This document shows positions 40,566 through 55,400 of a stretch of DNA of 64,000 nt, piece by piece. How positions within the stretch are numbered: the stretch's first letter is position 1; each line of letters starts with the position of its first letter. The notes beneath the pieces were generated by a model, which saw nothing but the letters and a program-made list of their open reading frames with translations, ran no database searches and was not told where the DNA came from. The position numbers and the translations under genes were made by a program. The stretch comes from Eledone cirrhosa (taxonomy: Eukaryota). Location of the stretch: positions 211,110,001 through 211,174,000 of the forward strand of contig OZ024741.1 in NCBI GenBank assembly GCA_964016885.1, written 5' to 3'.

Positions 40566-43500
40566 TCTCAGGCCACTGTCTCAGCCACAGTCCACTGTCT
40601 CAGCCTCAGTCCACTGTCTCAGCCTCAGTCCACCTATCTCAACCACAGTCCACTGTCTCAGCCACAGTCCACTGTCTCTGCCTCAGTCCACTGTCTCAGC
40701 CACAGTCCACTTATCTCAGTCTCAGTCCACTGTCTCAGCCACAGTCCACTGTCTCAGTCTCAGTCCACTGTCTCAACCACAGTCCACTGTCTCAGCCACA
40801 GTCCACTGTCTCGGCCTCAGTCCACTCTCTCAGCCACAGTCCACTTATCTCAGTCTCAGTCCACTGTCTCAGCCACAGTCCACTGTCTCAGCCTCAGTCC
40901 ACCTATCTCAGCCACAGTCCACTTATCTCAGTCTCAGTCCACTGTCTCATCCTCAGTCAACCTATCTCAGCCACAGTCCACTGTCTCAGCCTCAGTCCAC
41001 CTATCTCAGCCACAGTCCACTTATCTCAGTCTCAGTCCACTGTCTCATCCTCAGTCAACCTATCTCAGCCACAGTCCACTGTCTCAGCCACAGTCCACTG
41101 TCTCAGCCTCAGTCCACCTATCTCAGCCACAGTCCACTTATCTCAGTCTCAGTCCACTGTCTCATCCTCAGTCAACCTATCTCAGCCACAGTCCACTGTC
41201 TCAGGCTCAGTCCACCTATCTCAGTCTCAGTCCACCTATCTCAGCTTCAGTCCACCTATCTCAGCCACAGTCCACCTATCTCAGCCTCAGTCCACTGTCT
41301 CAGTCTCAGTCCACTGTCTCAGCCACAGTCCACTGTCTCAGCCACAGTCCACCTATCTCAGCCTCAGTCCACTGTCTCAGTCTCAGTCCACTGTCTCAGC
41401 CACAGTCCACCTATCTCAGCCACAGTCCACCTATCTCAGCCACAGACCACTTATCTCAGTCTCAGTCCACCTATCTCAGTCTCAGTCCACTGTCTCAGCC
41501 TCAGTCCACCTATCTCAGTCACAGTCCACCTATCTCAGTCTCAGTCCACTGTCTCAGCCACAGACCACTTATCTCAGTCTCAGTCCACCTATCTCAGTCT
41601 CAGTCCACCTATCTCAGCCTCAGTCCACCTATCTCAGCCACAGTCCACCTATCTCAGCCACAGTCCACTGTCTCATCCTCAGTCAACCTATCTCAGCCAC
41701 AGTCCACAGTCTCAGCCTCAGTCCACCTATCTCAGCCACAGTCTCACTGTCTCAGCCTCAGTCCACTCTCTCAACCACAGTCCACTTATCTCAGTCTCAG
41801 TCCACTGTCTCAGCCACAGTCCACTGTCTCAGCCTCAGTCCACCTATCTCAGCCACAGTCCACTTATCTCAGTCTCAGTCCACTGTCTCATCCTCAGTCA
41901 ACCTATCTCAGCCACAGTCCACTGTCTCAGCCTCAGTCAACTGTCTCAGCCACAGTCCACAGTCTCAGCCTCAGTCCACCTATCTCAGTCTCAGTCCACC
42001 TATCTCAGTCTCAGTCCACCTATCTCAGCTTCAGTCCACCTATCTCAGCCACAGTCCACCTATCTCAGCCTCAGTCCACTGTCTCAGTCTCAGTACACTG
42101 TCTCAGCCACAGTCCACTGTCTCAGCCACAGTCCACCTATTTCAGCCTCAGTCCACTGTCTCAGTCTCAGTCCACTGTCTCAGCCACAGTCCACCTATCT
42201 CAGCCACATTCCACCTATCTCAGCCACAGACCACTTATCTCAGTCTCAGTCCACCTATCTCAGTCTCAGTCCACTGTCTCAGCCTCAGTCCACCTATCTC
42301 AGTCACAGTCCACCTATCTCAGTCTCAGTCCACTGTCTCAGTCTCAGTCCACAGTCTCAGGCACAGTCCACTGTCTCAGCCTCAGTACACCTATCTCAGC
42401 CACAGTCCACTGTCTCAGCCTCAGTCCACCTATCTCAGCCACAGTCCACCTATCTCAGCCACAGTCCACTGTCTCAGCCACAGTCCACTGTCTCAGCCTC
42501 AGTCCACTGTCTCAGCCTCAGTCCACCTATCTCAGCAACAGTCCACTGTCTCAGCCACAGTCCACTGTCTCAGCCTCAGTTCACTGTCTCAGCCACAGTC
42601 CACTGTCTCAGCTACAGTCCACTGTCTGAGCCACAGTCCATTGTCTCAGCCTCAGTCCACTGTCTCAGCCTCAGTACACCTATCTCAGCCACAGTCCACT
42701 GTCTCAGCCTCAGTCCACCTATCTCAGCCACAGTCCACCTATCTCAGCCACAGTCCACTGTCTCAGCCACAGTCCATTGTCTCAGCCTCAGTCCACTGTC
42801 TCATCCTCAGTACACCTATCTCAGCCACAGTCCACTGTCTCAGCCTCAGTCCACCTATCTCAGCCACAGTCCACCTATCTCAGCCACAGTCCACTGTCTC
42901 AGCCACAGTCCATTGTCTCAGCCTCAGTCCACCGTCTCAGCCTCAGTACACCTATCTCAGCCACAGTCCACTGTCTCAGCCACAATCCACCTATCTCAGC
43001 CAGAGTCCACCGTCTCAGCCACAGTCCACTGTCTCAGCCACAGTCCACTGTCTCAGTCTCAGTCCACTGTCTCAGCCTCAGTCCACCTATCTCAGTCTCA
43101 GTCCACTGTCTCTGCCTCAGTCCACCTATCTCAGTCACAGTCCACTGTCTCAGCCACAGTCCACTGTCTCAGCCACAGTCCACCTATCTCAGCCACAGTC
43201 CACCTATCTCAGCCACAGTCCACTTATCTCAGTCTCAGTCCACTGTCTCAGCCACAGTCCACTGTCTCAGTCTCAGTCCACTGTCTCAGCCTCAGTCCAC
43301 TGTCTCAGCCTCAGTCCACTGTCTTAGCCTCAGTCCACCTATCTCAGTCTCAGTCCACTGTCTCAGCCACAGTCCACTGTCTCAGCCACAGTCCACTGTC
43401 TCAGCCACAGTCCACTGTCTCAGCTACAGTCCACTGTCTCAGCCACAGTCCACTGTCTCAGCCTCAGTCCACTGTCTCAGCCACAGTCCACTTATCTCAG

Positions 43501-46500
43501 CCTCAGTCCACTGTCTCAGTCTCAGTCCACCTATCTCAGCCACAGTCCACTTATCTCAGCCACAGTCCACTGTCTCAGCCTCAGTCCACTGTCTCAGCCT
43601 CAGTCCACCTATCTCAGCCACAGTCCACTGTCTCAGCCACAGACCACTTATCTCAGTCTCAGTCCACCTATCTCAGCCACAGTCCACTTATCTCAGTCTC
43701 AGTCCACTGTCTCAGCCACAGTCCACTGTCTCATCCTCAGTCCACCTATCTCAGCCACAGTCCACAGTCTCAGCCTCAGTCCGCCTACCTCAGCCTCAGT
43801 CCACCTATCTCAGCCACAGTCCACGTATCTCAGCCACAGTCCACTGTCTCAGCCTCAGTCCACTGTCTCAGCCACAGTCCACTGTCTCAGCCTCAATACA
43901 CCTATCTCAGCCACAGTCCACTGTCTCAGCCACAGTCCACTGTCTCAGCCTCAGTCCACTGTCTCAGCCACAGTCCACCTATCTCAGCCACAGTCCACTG
44001 TCTCAGCCACAGTCCACCTATCTCAGCCTCAGTCCACTGTCTCAGTCTCAGTCCACTGTCTCAGCCACAGTCTACCTATCTCAGCCACAGTCCACCTATC
44101 TCAGCCACAGACCACTTATCTCAGTCTCAGTCCACCTATCTCAGTCTCAGTCCACTGTCTCAGCCTCAGTCCACCTATCTCAGTCACAGTCCACCTATCT
44201 CAGTCTCAGTCCACTGTCTCAGCCACAGACCACTTATCTCAGTCTCAGTCCACCTATCTCAGTCTCAGTCCACCTATCTCAACCTCAGTCCACCTATCTC
44301 AGCCACAGTCCACCTATCTCAGCCACAGTCCACTGTCTCATCCTCAGTCAACCTATCTCAGCCACAGTCCACAGTCTCAGCCTCAGTCCACCTATCTCAG
44401 CCACAGTCTCACTGTCTCAGCCTCAGTCCACTCTCTCAGCCACAGTCCACTTATCTCAGTCTCAGTCCACTGTCTCAGCCACAGTCCACTGTCTCAGCCT
44501 CAGTCCACCTATCTCAGCCACAGTCCACTTATCTCAGTCTCAGTCCACTGTCTCAGCCTCAGTCCACTGTCTCAGCCTCAGTCCACCTATCTCAGCCACA
44601 GTCCACCTATCTCAGCCACAGTCCACTGTCTCAGCCACAGTCCACTGTCTCAGCCACAGTCCACTGTCTCAGTTTCAGTCCACCTATCTCAGTCTCAGTC
44701 CACCTACCTCAGCCTCAGTCCACCTATCTCAGCCACAGTCCACGTATCTCAGCCACAGTCCACTGTCTCAGCCTCAGTCCACTGTCTCAGTCTCAGTCCA
44801 CTGTCTCAGCCACAGTCCACTGTCTCAGCCACAGTCCACCTATCTCAGCCACAGTCCACTGTCTCAGCCTCAGTCCACCTATCTCAGCCACGGTCCACCT
44901 ATCTCAGCCACAGTCCACGTATCTCAGCCACAGTCCACTGTCTCAGCCTCAGTCCACCTATCTCAGTCTCAGTCCACCTACCTCAGCCTCAGTCCACTTA
45001 TCTCAGTCTCAGTCCACCTATCTCAGCCACAGTCCACTTATCTCAGTCTCAGTCCACTGTCTCAGCCTCAGTCCACCTACCTCAGCCTCAGTCCACTGTC
45101 TCAGTCTCAGTCCACCTATCTCAGCCACAGTCCACCTATCTCAGCCACAGTCCACTGTCTCAGCCACAGTCCACTGTCTCAGCCTCAGTTCACCTATCTC
45201 AGTCTCAGTCCACTGTCTCAGCCACAGTCCACTTATCTCAGCCAGAGTCCACTGTCTCAGCCACAGTCCACTGTCTCAGTCTCAGTCCACCTATCTCAGT
45301 CTCAGTCCACCTATCTCAGTCTCAGTCCACTGTCTCAGCCACAGTCCACTGTCTCAGCCTCAGTCCACCTATCTCAGCCTCAGTCCACTGTCTCAGCCAC
45401 AGTCCACTTATCTCAGCCTCAGTCCACTGTCTCAGTCTCAGTCCACCTACCTCAGACACAGTCCACCGTCTCAGCCACAGTCCACTGTCTCAGCCTCAGT
45501 CCACCTATCTCAGCCTCAGTCCACCTATCTCAGCCTCAGTCCACCGTCTCAGCCACAGTCCACTGTCTCAGCCTCAGTCCACCTATCTCAGTCTCAGTCC
45601 ACTGTCTCAGCCACAGTCCACTGTCTCAGTCTCAGTCCACTGTCTCAGCCTCAGTCCACTGTCTCAGCCTCAGCCCACTGTCTCAGTCTCAGTCCACCTA
45701 TCTGAGTCTCAGTCCACCTATCTCAGCCACAGTCCACTGCCTCAGCCACAGTCCACTGTCTCAGTCTCAGTCCACTGTCTCAGCCTCAGTCCACTGTCTT
45801 AGCCTCAGTCCACCTATCTCAGTCTCAGTCCACTGTCTCAGCCACAGTCCACTGTCTCTATCTCGGTCCACCTATCTCAGCCACAGTCCACTGTCTCAGC
45901 CACAGTCCACTGTCTCAGCCACAGTCCACTGTCTCAGCTACAGTCCACTGTCTCAGCCACAGTCCACTGCCTCAGCCTCAGTCCACTGTCTCAGCCACAG
46001 TCCACTTATCTCAGCCTCAGTCCACTGTCTCAGTCTCAGTCCACCTATCTCAGCGACAGTCCACTTATCTCAGCCACAGTCCACTGTCTCAGCCTCAGTC
46101 CACTGTCTCAGCCACAGTCCACTTATCTCAGTCTCAGTCCACTGTCTCAGCCACAGTCCACTGTCTCATCCTCAGTCCACCTATCTCAGCCACAGTCCAC
46201 AGTCTCAGCCTCAGTCCACCTACCTCAGCCTCAGTCCACCTATCTCAGCCACAGTCCACGTATCTCAGCCACAGTCCACTGTCTCAGCCTCAGTCCACTG
46301 TCTCAGCCACATTCCACTGTCTCAGCCACAGTCCACCTATCTCAGCCACAGTCCACTGTCTCTGCCACAGTCCACTGTCTCAGCCACAGTCCACTGTCTC
46401 AGCCTCAGTCCACTGTCTCAGCCTCAGTCCACCTATCTCAGCCACAGTCCACTGTCTCAGCCACAGTCCACTGTCTCAGCCACAGTCCACTGTCTCAGCC

Positions 46501-49500
46501 TCAGTCCACTGTCTCAGCCACAGTCCACCTATCTCAGCCACAGTCCACTGTCTCAGCCTCAGTCCACTGTCTCAGCCACAGTCCACCTATCTCAGCCACA
46601 GTCCACTGTCTCAGCCACAGTCCACCGTCTCAGCCACAGTCCACTGTCTCAGCCTCAGTCCACTGTCTCAGTCTCAGTCCACCTATCTCAGCCACAGTCC
46701 ACTGTCTCAGCCTCAGTCCACCTATCTCAGCCACAGTCCACTGTCTCAGCCACAGTCCACTGTCTCAGCCACAGTCCACTGTCTCAGCCTCAGTCCACTG
46801 TCTCAGTCTCAGTCCACCTATCTCAGCAACAGTCCACTGTCTCAGCCACAGTCCACTGTCTCAGCATCAGTCCACCTATCTCAGCCTCAGTCCACTGTCT
46901 CAGTCTCAGTCCACCTATCTCAGCCACAGTCCACCTATCTCAGCCACAGTCCACTGTCTCAGCCGCAGTCCACTGTCTCAGCCACAGTCCACTGTCTCAG
47001 CATCAGTCCACCTATCTCAGCCTCAGTCCACTGTCTCAGTCTCAGTCCACCTATCTCAGCCACAGTCCACCTATCTCAGCCACAGTCCACTGTCTCAGCC
47101 ACAATCCACCTATCTCAGTCTCAGTCCACTGTCTCAGCCACAGTCCACTGTCTCAGTCTCAGTCCACCTATCTCAGCCACAGTCCACTGTCTCAGCCTCA
47201 GTCCACTGTCTCAGCCACAGTCCACTGTCTCAGCATCAGTCCACCTACCTCAGCCTCAGTCCACTGTCTCAGTCTCAGTCCACCTATCTCAGCCACAGTC
47301 CACCTATCTCAGCCACAGTCCACTGTCTCAGCCACAGTCCACTGTCTCAGCCTCAGTTCACCTATCTCAGTCTCAGTCCACTGTCTCAGCCACAGTCCAC
47401 TTATCTCAGCCAGAGTCCACTGTCTCAGCCACAGTCCACTGTCTCAGTCTCAGTCCACCTATCTCAGTCTCAGTCCACCTATCTCAGTCTCAGTCCACTG
47501 TCTCAGCCACAGTCCACTGTCTCAGCCTCAGTCCACCTATCTCAGCCTCAGTCCACTGTCTCAGCCACAGTCCACTTATCTCAGCCTCAGTCCACTGTCT
47601 CAGTCTCAGTCCACCTACCTCAGACACAGTCCACCGTCTCAGCCACAGTCCACTGTCTCAGCCTCAGTCCACCTATCTCAGCCTCAGTCCACCTATCTCA
47701 GCCTCAGTCCACCGTCTCAGCCACAGTCCACTGTCTCAGCCTCAGTCCACCTATCTCAGTCTCAGTCCACTGTCTCAGCCACAGTCCACTGTCTCAGTCT
47801 CAGTCCACTGTCTCAGCCTCAGTCCACTGTCTCAGCCTCAGCCCACTGTCTCAGTCTCAGTCCACCTATCTGAGTCTCAGTCCACCTATCTCAGCCACAG
47901 TCCACTGCCTCAGCCACAGTCCACTGTCTCAGTCTCAGTCCACCTATCTCAGTCTCAGGCCACTGTCTCAGCCACAGTCCACTGTCTCAGCCTCAGTCCA
48001 CTGTCTCAGCCTCAGTCCACCTATCTCAACCACAGTCCACTGTCTCAGCCACAGTCCACTGTCTCTGCCTCAGTCCACTGTCTCAGCCACAGTCCACTTA
48101 TCTCAGTCTCAGTCCACTGTCTCAGCCACAGTCCACTGTCTCAGTCTCAGTCCACTGTCTCAACCACAGTCCACTGTCTCAGCCACAGTCCACTGTCTCG
48201 GCCTCAGTCCACTCTCTCAGCCACAGTCCACTTATCTCAGTCTCAGTCCACTGTCTCAGCCACAGTCCACTGTCTCAGCCTCAGTCCACCTATCTCAGCC
48301 ACAGTCCACTTATCTCAGTCTCAGTCCACTGTCTCATCCTCAGTCAACCTATCTCAGCCACAGTCCACTGTCTCAGCCTCAGTCCACCTATCTCAGCCAC
48401 AGTCCACTTATCTCAGTCTCAGTCCACTGTCTCATCCTCAGTCAACCTATCTCAGCCACAGTCCACTGTCTCAGCCACAGTCCACTGTCTCAGCCTCAGT
48501 CCACCTATCTCAGCCACAGTCCACTTATCTCAGTCTCAGTCCACTGTCTCATCCTCAGTCAACCTATCTCAGCCACAGTCCACTGTCTCAGGCTCAGTCC
48601 ACCTATCTCAGTCTCAGTCCACCTATCTCAGCTTCAGTCCACCTATCTCAGCCACAGTCCACCTATCTCAGCCTCAGTCCACTGTCTCAGTCTCAGTCCA
48701 CTGTCTCAGCCACAGTCCACTGTCTCAGCCACAGTCCACCTATCTCAGCCTCAGTCCACTGTCTCAGTCTCAGTCCACTGTCTCAGCCACAGTCCACCTA
48801 TCTCAGCCACAGTCCACCTATCTCAGCCACAGACCACTTATCTCAGTCTCAGTCCACCTATCTCAGTCTCAGTCCACTGTCTCAGCCTCAGTCCACCTAT
48901 CTCAGTCACAGTCCACCTATCTCAGTCTCAGTCCACTGTCTCAGCCACAGACCACTTATCTCAGTCTCAGTCCACCTATCTCAGTCTCAGTCCACCTATC
49001 TCAGCCTCAGTCCACCTATCTCAGCCACAGTCCACCTATCTCAGCCACAGTCCACTGTCTCATCCTCAGTCAACCTATCTCAGCCACAGTCCACAGTCTC
49101 AGCCTCAGTCCACCTATCTCAGCCACAGTCTCACTGTCTCAGCCTCAGTCCACTCTCTCAACCACAGTCCACTTATCTCAGTCTCAGTCCACTGTCTCAG
49201 CCACAGTCCACTGTCTCAGCCTCAGTCCACCTATCTCAGCCACAGTCCACTTATCTCAGTCTCAGTCCACTGTCTCATCCTCAGTCAACCTATCTCAGCC
49301 ACAGTCCACTGTCTCAGCCTCAGTCAACTGTCTCAGCCACAGTCCACAGTCTCAGCCTCAGTCCACCTATCTCAGTCTCAGTCCACCTATCTCAGTCTCA
49401 GTCCACCTATCTCAGCTTCAGTCCACCTATCTCAGCCACAGTCCACCTATCTCAGCCTCAGTCCACTGTCTCAGTCTCAGTACACTGTCTCAGCCACAGT

Positions 49501-52466
49501 CCACTGTCTCAGCCACAGTCCACCTATTTCAGCCTCAGTCCACTGTCTCAGTCTCAGTCCACTGTCTCAGCCACAGTCCACCTATCTCAGCCACATTCCA
49601 CCTATCTCAGCCACAGACCACTTATCTCAGTCTCAGTCCACCTATCTCAGTCTCAGTCCACTGTCTCAGCCTCAGTCCACCTATCTCAGTCACAGTCCAC
49701 CTATCTCAGTCTCAGTCCACTGTCTCAGTCTCAGTCCACAGTCTCAGGCACAGTCCACTGTCTCAGCCTCAGTACACCTATCTCAGCCACAGTCCACTGT
49801 CTCAGCCTCAGTCCACCTATCTCAGCCACAGTCCACCTATCTCAGCCACAGTCCACTGTCTCAGCCACAGTCCACTGTCTCAGCCTCAGTCCACTGTCTC
49901 AGCCTCAGTCCACCTATCTCAGCAACAGTCCACTGTCTCAGCCACAGTCCACTGTCTCAGCCTCAGTTCACTGTCTCAGCCACAGTCCACTGTCTCAGCT
50001 ACAGTCCACTGTCTGAGCCACAGTCCATTGTCTCAGCCTCAGTCCACTGTCTCAGCCTCAGTACACCTATCTCAGCCACAGTCCACTGTCTCAGCCTCAG
50101 TCCACCTATCTCAGCCACAGTCCACCTATCTCAGCCACAGTCCACTGTCTCAGCCACAGTCCATTGTCTCAGCCTCAGTCCACTGTCTCATCCTCAGTAC
50201 ACCTATCTCAGCCACAGTCCACTGTCTCAGCCTCAGTCCACCTATCTCAGCCACAGTCCACCTATCTCAGCCACAGTCCACTGTCTCAGCCACAGTCCAT
50301 TGTCTCAGCCTCAGTCCACCGTCTCAGCCTCAGTACACCTATCTCAGCCACAGTCCACTGTCTCAGCCACAATCCACCTATCTCAGCCAGAGTCCACCGT
50401 CTCAGCCACAGTCCACTGTCTCAGCCACAGTCCACTGTCTCAGTCTCAGTCCACTGTCTCAGCCTCAGTCCACCTATCTCAGTCTCAGTCCACTGTCTCT
50501 GCCTCAGTCCACCTATCTCAGTCACAGTCCACTGTCTCAGCCACAGTCCACTGTCTCAGCCACAGTCCACCTATCTCAGCCACAGTCCACCTATCTCAGC
50601 CACAGTCCACTTATCTCAGTCTCAGTCCACTGTCTCAGCCACAGTCCACTGTCTCAGTCTCAGTCCACTGTCTCAGCCTCAGTCCACTGTCTCAGCCTCA
50701 GTCCACTGTCTTAGCCTCAGTCCACCTATCTCAGTCTCAGTCCACTGTCTCAGCCACAGTCCACTGTCTCAGCCACAGTCCACTGTCTCAGCCACAGTCC
50801 ACTGTCTCAGCTACAGTCCACTGTCTCAGCCACAGTCCACTGTCTCAGCCTCAGTCCACTGTCTCAGCCACAGTCCACTTATCTCAGCCTCAGTCCACTG
50901 TCTCAGTCTCAGTCCACCTATCTCAGCCACAGTCCACTTATCTCAGCCACAGTCCACTGTCTCAGCCTCAGTCCACTGTCTCAGCCTCAGTCCACCTATC
51001 TCAGCCACAGTCCACTGTCTCAGCCACAGACCACTTATCTCAGTCTCAGTCCACCTATCTCAGCCACAGTCCACTTATCTCAGTCTCAGTCCACTGTCTC
51101 AGCCACAGTCCACTGTCTCATCCTCAGTCCACCTATCTCAGCCACAGTCCACAGTCTCAGCCTCAGTCCGCCTACCTCAGCCTCAGTCCACCTATCTCAG
51201 CCACAGTCCACGTATCTCAGCCACAGTCCACTGTCTCAGCCTCAGTCCACTGTCTCAGCCACAGTCCACTGTCTCAGCCTCAATACACCTATCTCAGCCA
51301 CAGTCCACTGTCTCAGCCACAGTCCACTGTCTCAGCCTCAGTCCACTGTCTCAGCCACAGTCCACCTATCTCAGCCACAGTCCACTGTCTCAGCCACAGT
51401 CCACCTATCTCAGCCTCAGTCCACTGTCTCAGTCTCAGTCCACTGTCTCAGCCACAGTCTACCTATCTCAGCCACAGTCCACCTATCTCAGCCACAGACC
51501 ACTTATCTCAGTCTCAGTCCACCTATCTCAGTCTCAGTCCACTGTCTCAGCCTCAGTCCACCTATCTCAGTCACAGTCCACCTATCTCAGTCTCAGTCCA
51601 CTGTCTCAGCCACAGACCACTTATCTCAGTCTCAGTCCACCTATCTCAGTCTCAGTCCACCTATCTCAACCTCAGTCCACCTATCTCAGCCACAGTCCAC
51701 CTATCTCAGCCACAGTCCACTGTCTCATCCTCAGTCAACCTATCTCAGCCACAGTCCACAGTCTCAGCCTCAGTCCACCTATCTCAGCCACAGTCTCACT
51801 GTCTCAGCCTCAGTCCACTCTCTCAGCCACAGTCCACTTATCTCAGTCTCAGTCCACTGTCTCAGCCACAGTCCACTGTCTCAGCCTCAGTCCACCTATC
51901 TCAGCCACAGTCCACTTATCTCAGTCTCAGTCCACTGTCTCAGCCTCAGTCCACTGTCTCAGCCTCAGTCCACCTATCTCAGCCACAGTCCACCTATCTC
52001 AGCCACAGTCCACTGTCTCAGCCACAGTCCACTGTCTCAGCCACAGTCCACTGTCTCAGTCTCAGTCCACCTATCTCAGTCTCAGTCCACCTACCTCAGC
52101 CTCAGTCCACCTATCTCAGCCACAGTCCACGTATCTCAGCCACAGTCCACTGTCTCAGCCTCAGTCCACTGTCTCAGTCTCAGTCCACTGTCTCAGCCAC
52201 AGTCCACTGTCTCAGCCACAGTCCACCTATCTCAGCCACAGTCCACTGTCTCAGCCTCAGTCCACCTATCTCAGCCACGGTCCACCTATCTCAGCCACAG
52301 TCCACGTATCTCAGCCACAGTCCACTGTCTCAGCCTCAGTCCACCTATCTCAGTCTCAGTCCACCTACCTCAGCCTCAGTCCACTTATCTCAGTCTCAGT
52401 CCACCTATCTCAGCCACAGTCCACTTATCTCAGTCTCAGTCCACTGTCTCAGCCTCAGTCCACCTA
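37681..52466. repeat. Tandem duplication, period 7,387 bp (copies ~37681-45067 and ~45068-52466)
   Basis: Offsets of 7387: GTTCACC 37801/45188; CTCTATCTCGG 38469/45856; ORF starts 42641/50028, 42777/50164 and 42913/50300. Confidence 0.92.
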
Positions 52467-55400
52467 TCTCAGCCACAGTCCACTGTCTCATCCTCAGTCC
52501 ACCTATCTCAGCCACAGTCCACAGTCTCAGCCCCAGTCCACCTATCTCAGTCTCAGTCCACTGTCTCATCCTCAGTCCACCTATCTCAGCCTCAGTCCAC
52601 CTATCTCAGCCACAGTCCACTTATCTCAGTCTCAGTCCACTGTCTCAGCCACAGTCCACTGTCTCATCCTCAGTCCACCTATCTCAGCCACAGTCCACTG
52701 TCTCAGCCACAGTCCACTGTCTCAGCCTCAGTCCACCTATCTCAGCCACAGTCCACTGTCTCAGCCACAATCCACTGTCTCAGCCGCAGTCCACTGTCTC
52801 AGTCTCAGTCCACTGTCTCAGCCACAGTCCACTGTCTCAGCCACAGTCCACTGTCTCAGCCACAGTCCTCCTATCTCAGCCACAGTCCACTGTCTCAGCC
52901 TCAGTCCACCTATCTCAGCCACAGTCCACCTATCTCAGCCCCAGTCCACTGTCTCAGCCACAGTCCACTGTCTCAGCCACAGGCCATTGTCTCAGCCTCA
53001 GTCCACTGTCTCAGCCTCAGTACACCTATCTCAGCCACAGTCCACTGTCTCAGCCTCAGTCCACCTATCTCAGCCACAGTCCACCTATCTCAGCCACAGT
53101 CCACTGTCTCAGCCTCAGTCCACCTATCTCAGCCACAGTCCACCTATCTCAGCCAGAGTCCACTGTCTCAGCCAGAGTCCACTGTCTCAGCCACAGTCCA
53201 CTGTCTCAGCCACAGTCCACTGTCTCAGCCTCAGTCCACTGTCTCAGCCTCAGTCCACCTATCTCAGCCACAGTCCACCTATCTCAGCCACAGTCCACTG
53301 TCTCAGCCACAGTCCACTGTCTCAGCCACAGTCCACTGTCTCAGCCTCAGTCCACCTATCTCAGTCTCAGTCCACCTATCTCAGCCACAGTCCACGTATC
53401 TCAGCCACAGTCCACTGTCTCAGCCTCAGTCCACTGTCTCAGTCTCAGTCCACTGTCTCAGCCACAGTCCACTGTCTCAGCCTCAGTCCACCTATCTCAG
53501 CCACAGACCACTTATCTCAGTCTCAGTCCACCTATCTCAGCCACAGTCCACTTATCTCAGTCTCAGTCCACTGTCTCAGCCTCAGTCCACCTATCTCAGC
53601 CACAGTCCACTGTCTCATCCTCAGTCCACCTATCTCAGCCACAGTCCACAGTCTCAGCCTCAGTCCACCTATCTCAGTCTCAGTCCACTGTCTCATCCTC
53701 AGTCCACCTATCTCAGCCAGAGTCCACTTATCTCAGTCTCAGTCCACTGTCTCAGCCACAGTCCACTGTCTCAGCCACAGTCCACCTATCTCAGCCACAG
53801 TCCACTGTCTCAGCCACAGTCCACCTATCTCAGCCACAATCCACTTATCTCAGTCTCAGTCCACTGTCTCAGCCACAGTCCACTGTCTCATCCTCAGTCC
53901 ACCTATCTCAGCCAGAGTCCACTGTCTCAGCCACAGTCCACTGTCTCAGCCACAGTCCACTGTCTCAGCCTCAGTCCACCTATCTCAGCCACAGTCCACT
54001 GTCTCAGCCACAATCCACTGTCTCAGCCTCAGTCCACTGTCTCAGCCTCAGTCCACCTATCTCAGCCACAGTCCACTGTCTCAGCCTCAGTCCACTGTCT
54101 CAGTCTCAGTCCACTGTCCCAGCCACAGTCCACTGTCTCAGCCACAGTCCTCCTATCTCAGCCACAGTCCACTGTCTCAGCCTCAGTCCACCTATCTCAG
54201 CCACAGTCCACCTATCTCAGCCACAGTCCACTGTCACAGCCACAGTCCACTGTCTCAGCCACATGCCATTGTCTCAGCCTCAGTCCACTGTCTCAGCCTC
54301 AGTACACCTATCTCAGCCACAGTCCACCTATCTCAGCCACAGTCCACTGTCTCAGCCAGAGTCCACTGTCTCAGCCACAGTTCACTGTCTCAGCCACAGT
54401 CCACTGTCTCGGCCTCAGTCCACTGTCTCAGCCTCAGTCCACCTATCTCAGCCACAGTCCACCTATTTCAGCCACAGTCCACTGTCTCAGCCACAGTCCA
54501 CTGTCTCAGCCACACTCCACTGTCTCAGCCTCAGTCCACCTATCTCAGTCTCAGTCCACCTACCTCAGCCTCAGTCCACCTATCTCAGCCACAGTCCACG
54601 TATCTCAGCCACAGTCCACTGTCTCAGCCTCAGTCCACTGTCTCAGTCTCAGTCCACTGTCTCAGCCACAGTCCACTGTCTCAGCCACAGTCCACCTATC
54701 TCAGCCACAGTCCACTGTCTCAGCCTCAGTCCACCTATCTCAGCCACGGTCCACCTATCTCAGCCACAGTCCACTGTCTCAGCCTCAGTCCACTGTCTCA
54801 GCCACAGTCCACCTATCTCAGCCACAGTCCACTGTCTCAGCCACAGTCCACCTATCTCAGCCACAGTCCACTGTCTCAGCCACAGTCCATTGTCTCAGCC
54901 TCAGTCCACTGTCTCAGCCTCAGTACACCTATCTCAGCCACAGTCCACTGTCTCAGCCTCAGTACACCTATCTCAGCCACAGTCCACTGTCTCAGCCACA
55001 GTCCACCTATCTCAGCCACAGTCCACTGTCTCAGCCAGAGTCCATTGTCTCAGCCTCAGTCCAATGTCTCAGCCTCAGTACACCTATCTCAGCCAGAGTC
55101 CACTGTCTCAGCCTCAGTCCACCTATCTCAGCCACAGTCTACCTATCTCAGCCACAGTCCACTGTCTCAGCCTCAGTCCACCTATCGTTGCCTCAGTCCA
55201 CTGTCTCAGCCACAGTCCACCTATCTCAGCCACAGTCCATTGTCTCAGCCTCAGTCCACTGTCTCAGCCTCAGTACACCTATCTCAGCCACAGTCCACTG
55301 TCTCAGCCTCAGTCCACCTATCTCAGCCACAGTCCACCTATCTCAGCCACAGTCCACTGTCTCAGCCAGAGTCCATTGTCTCAGCCTCAGTCCACTGTCT

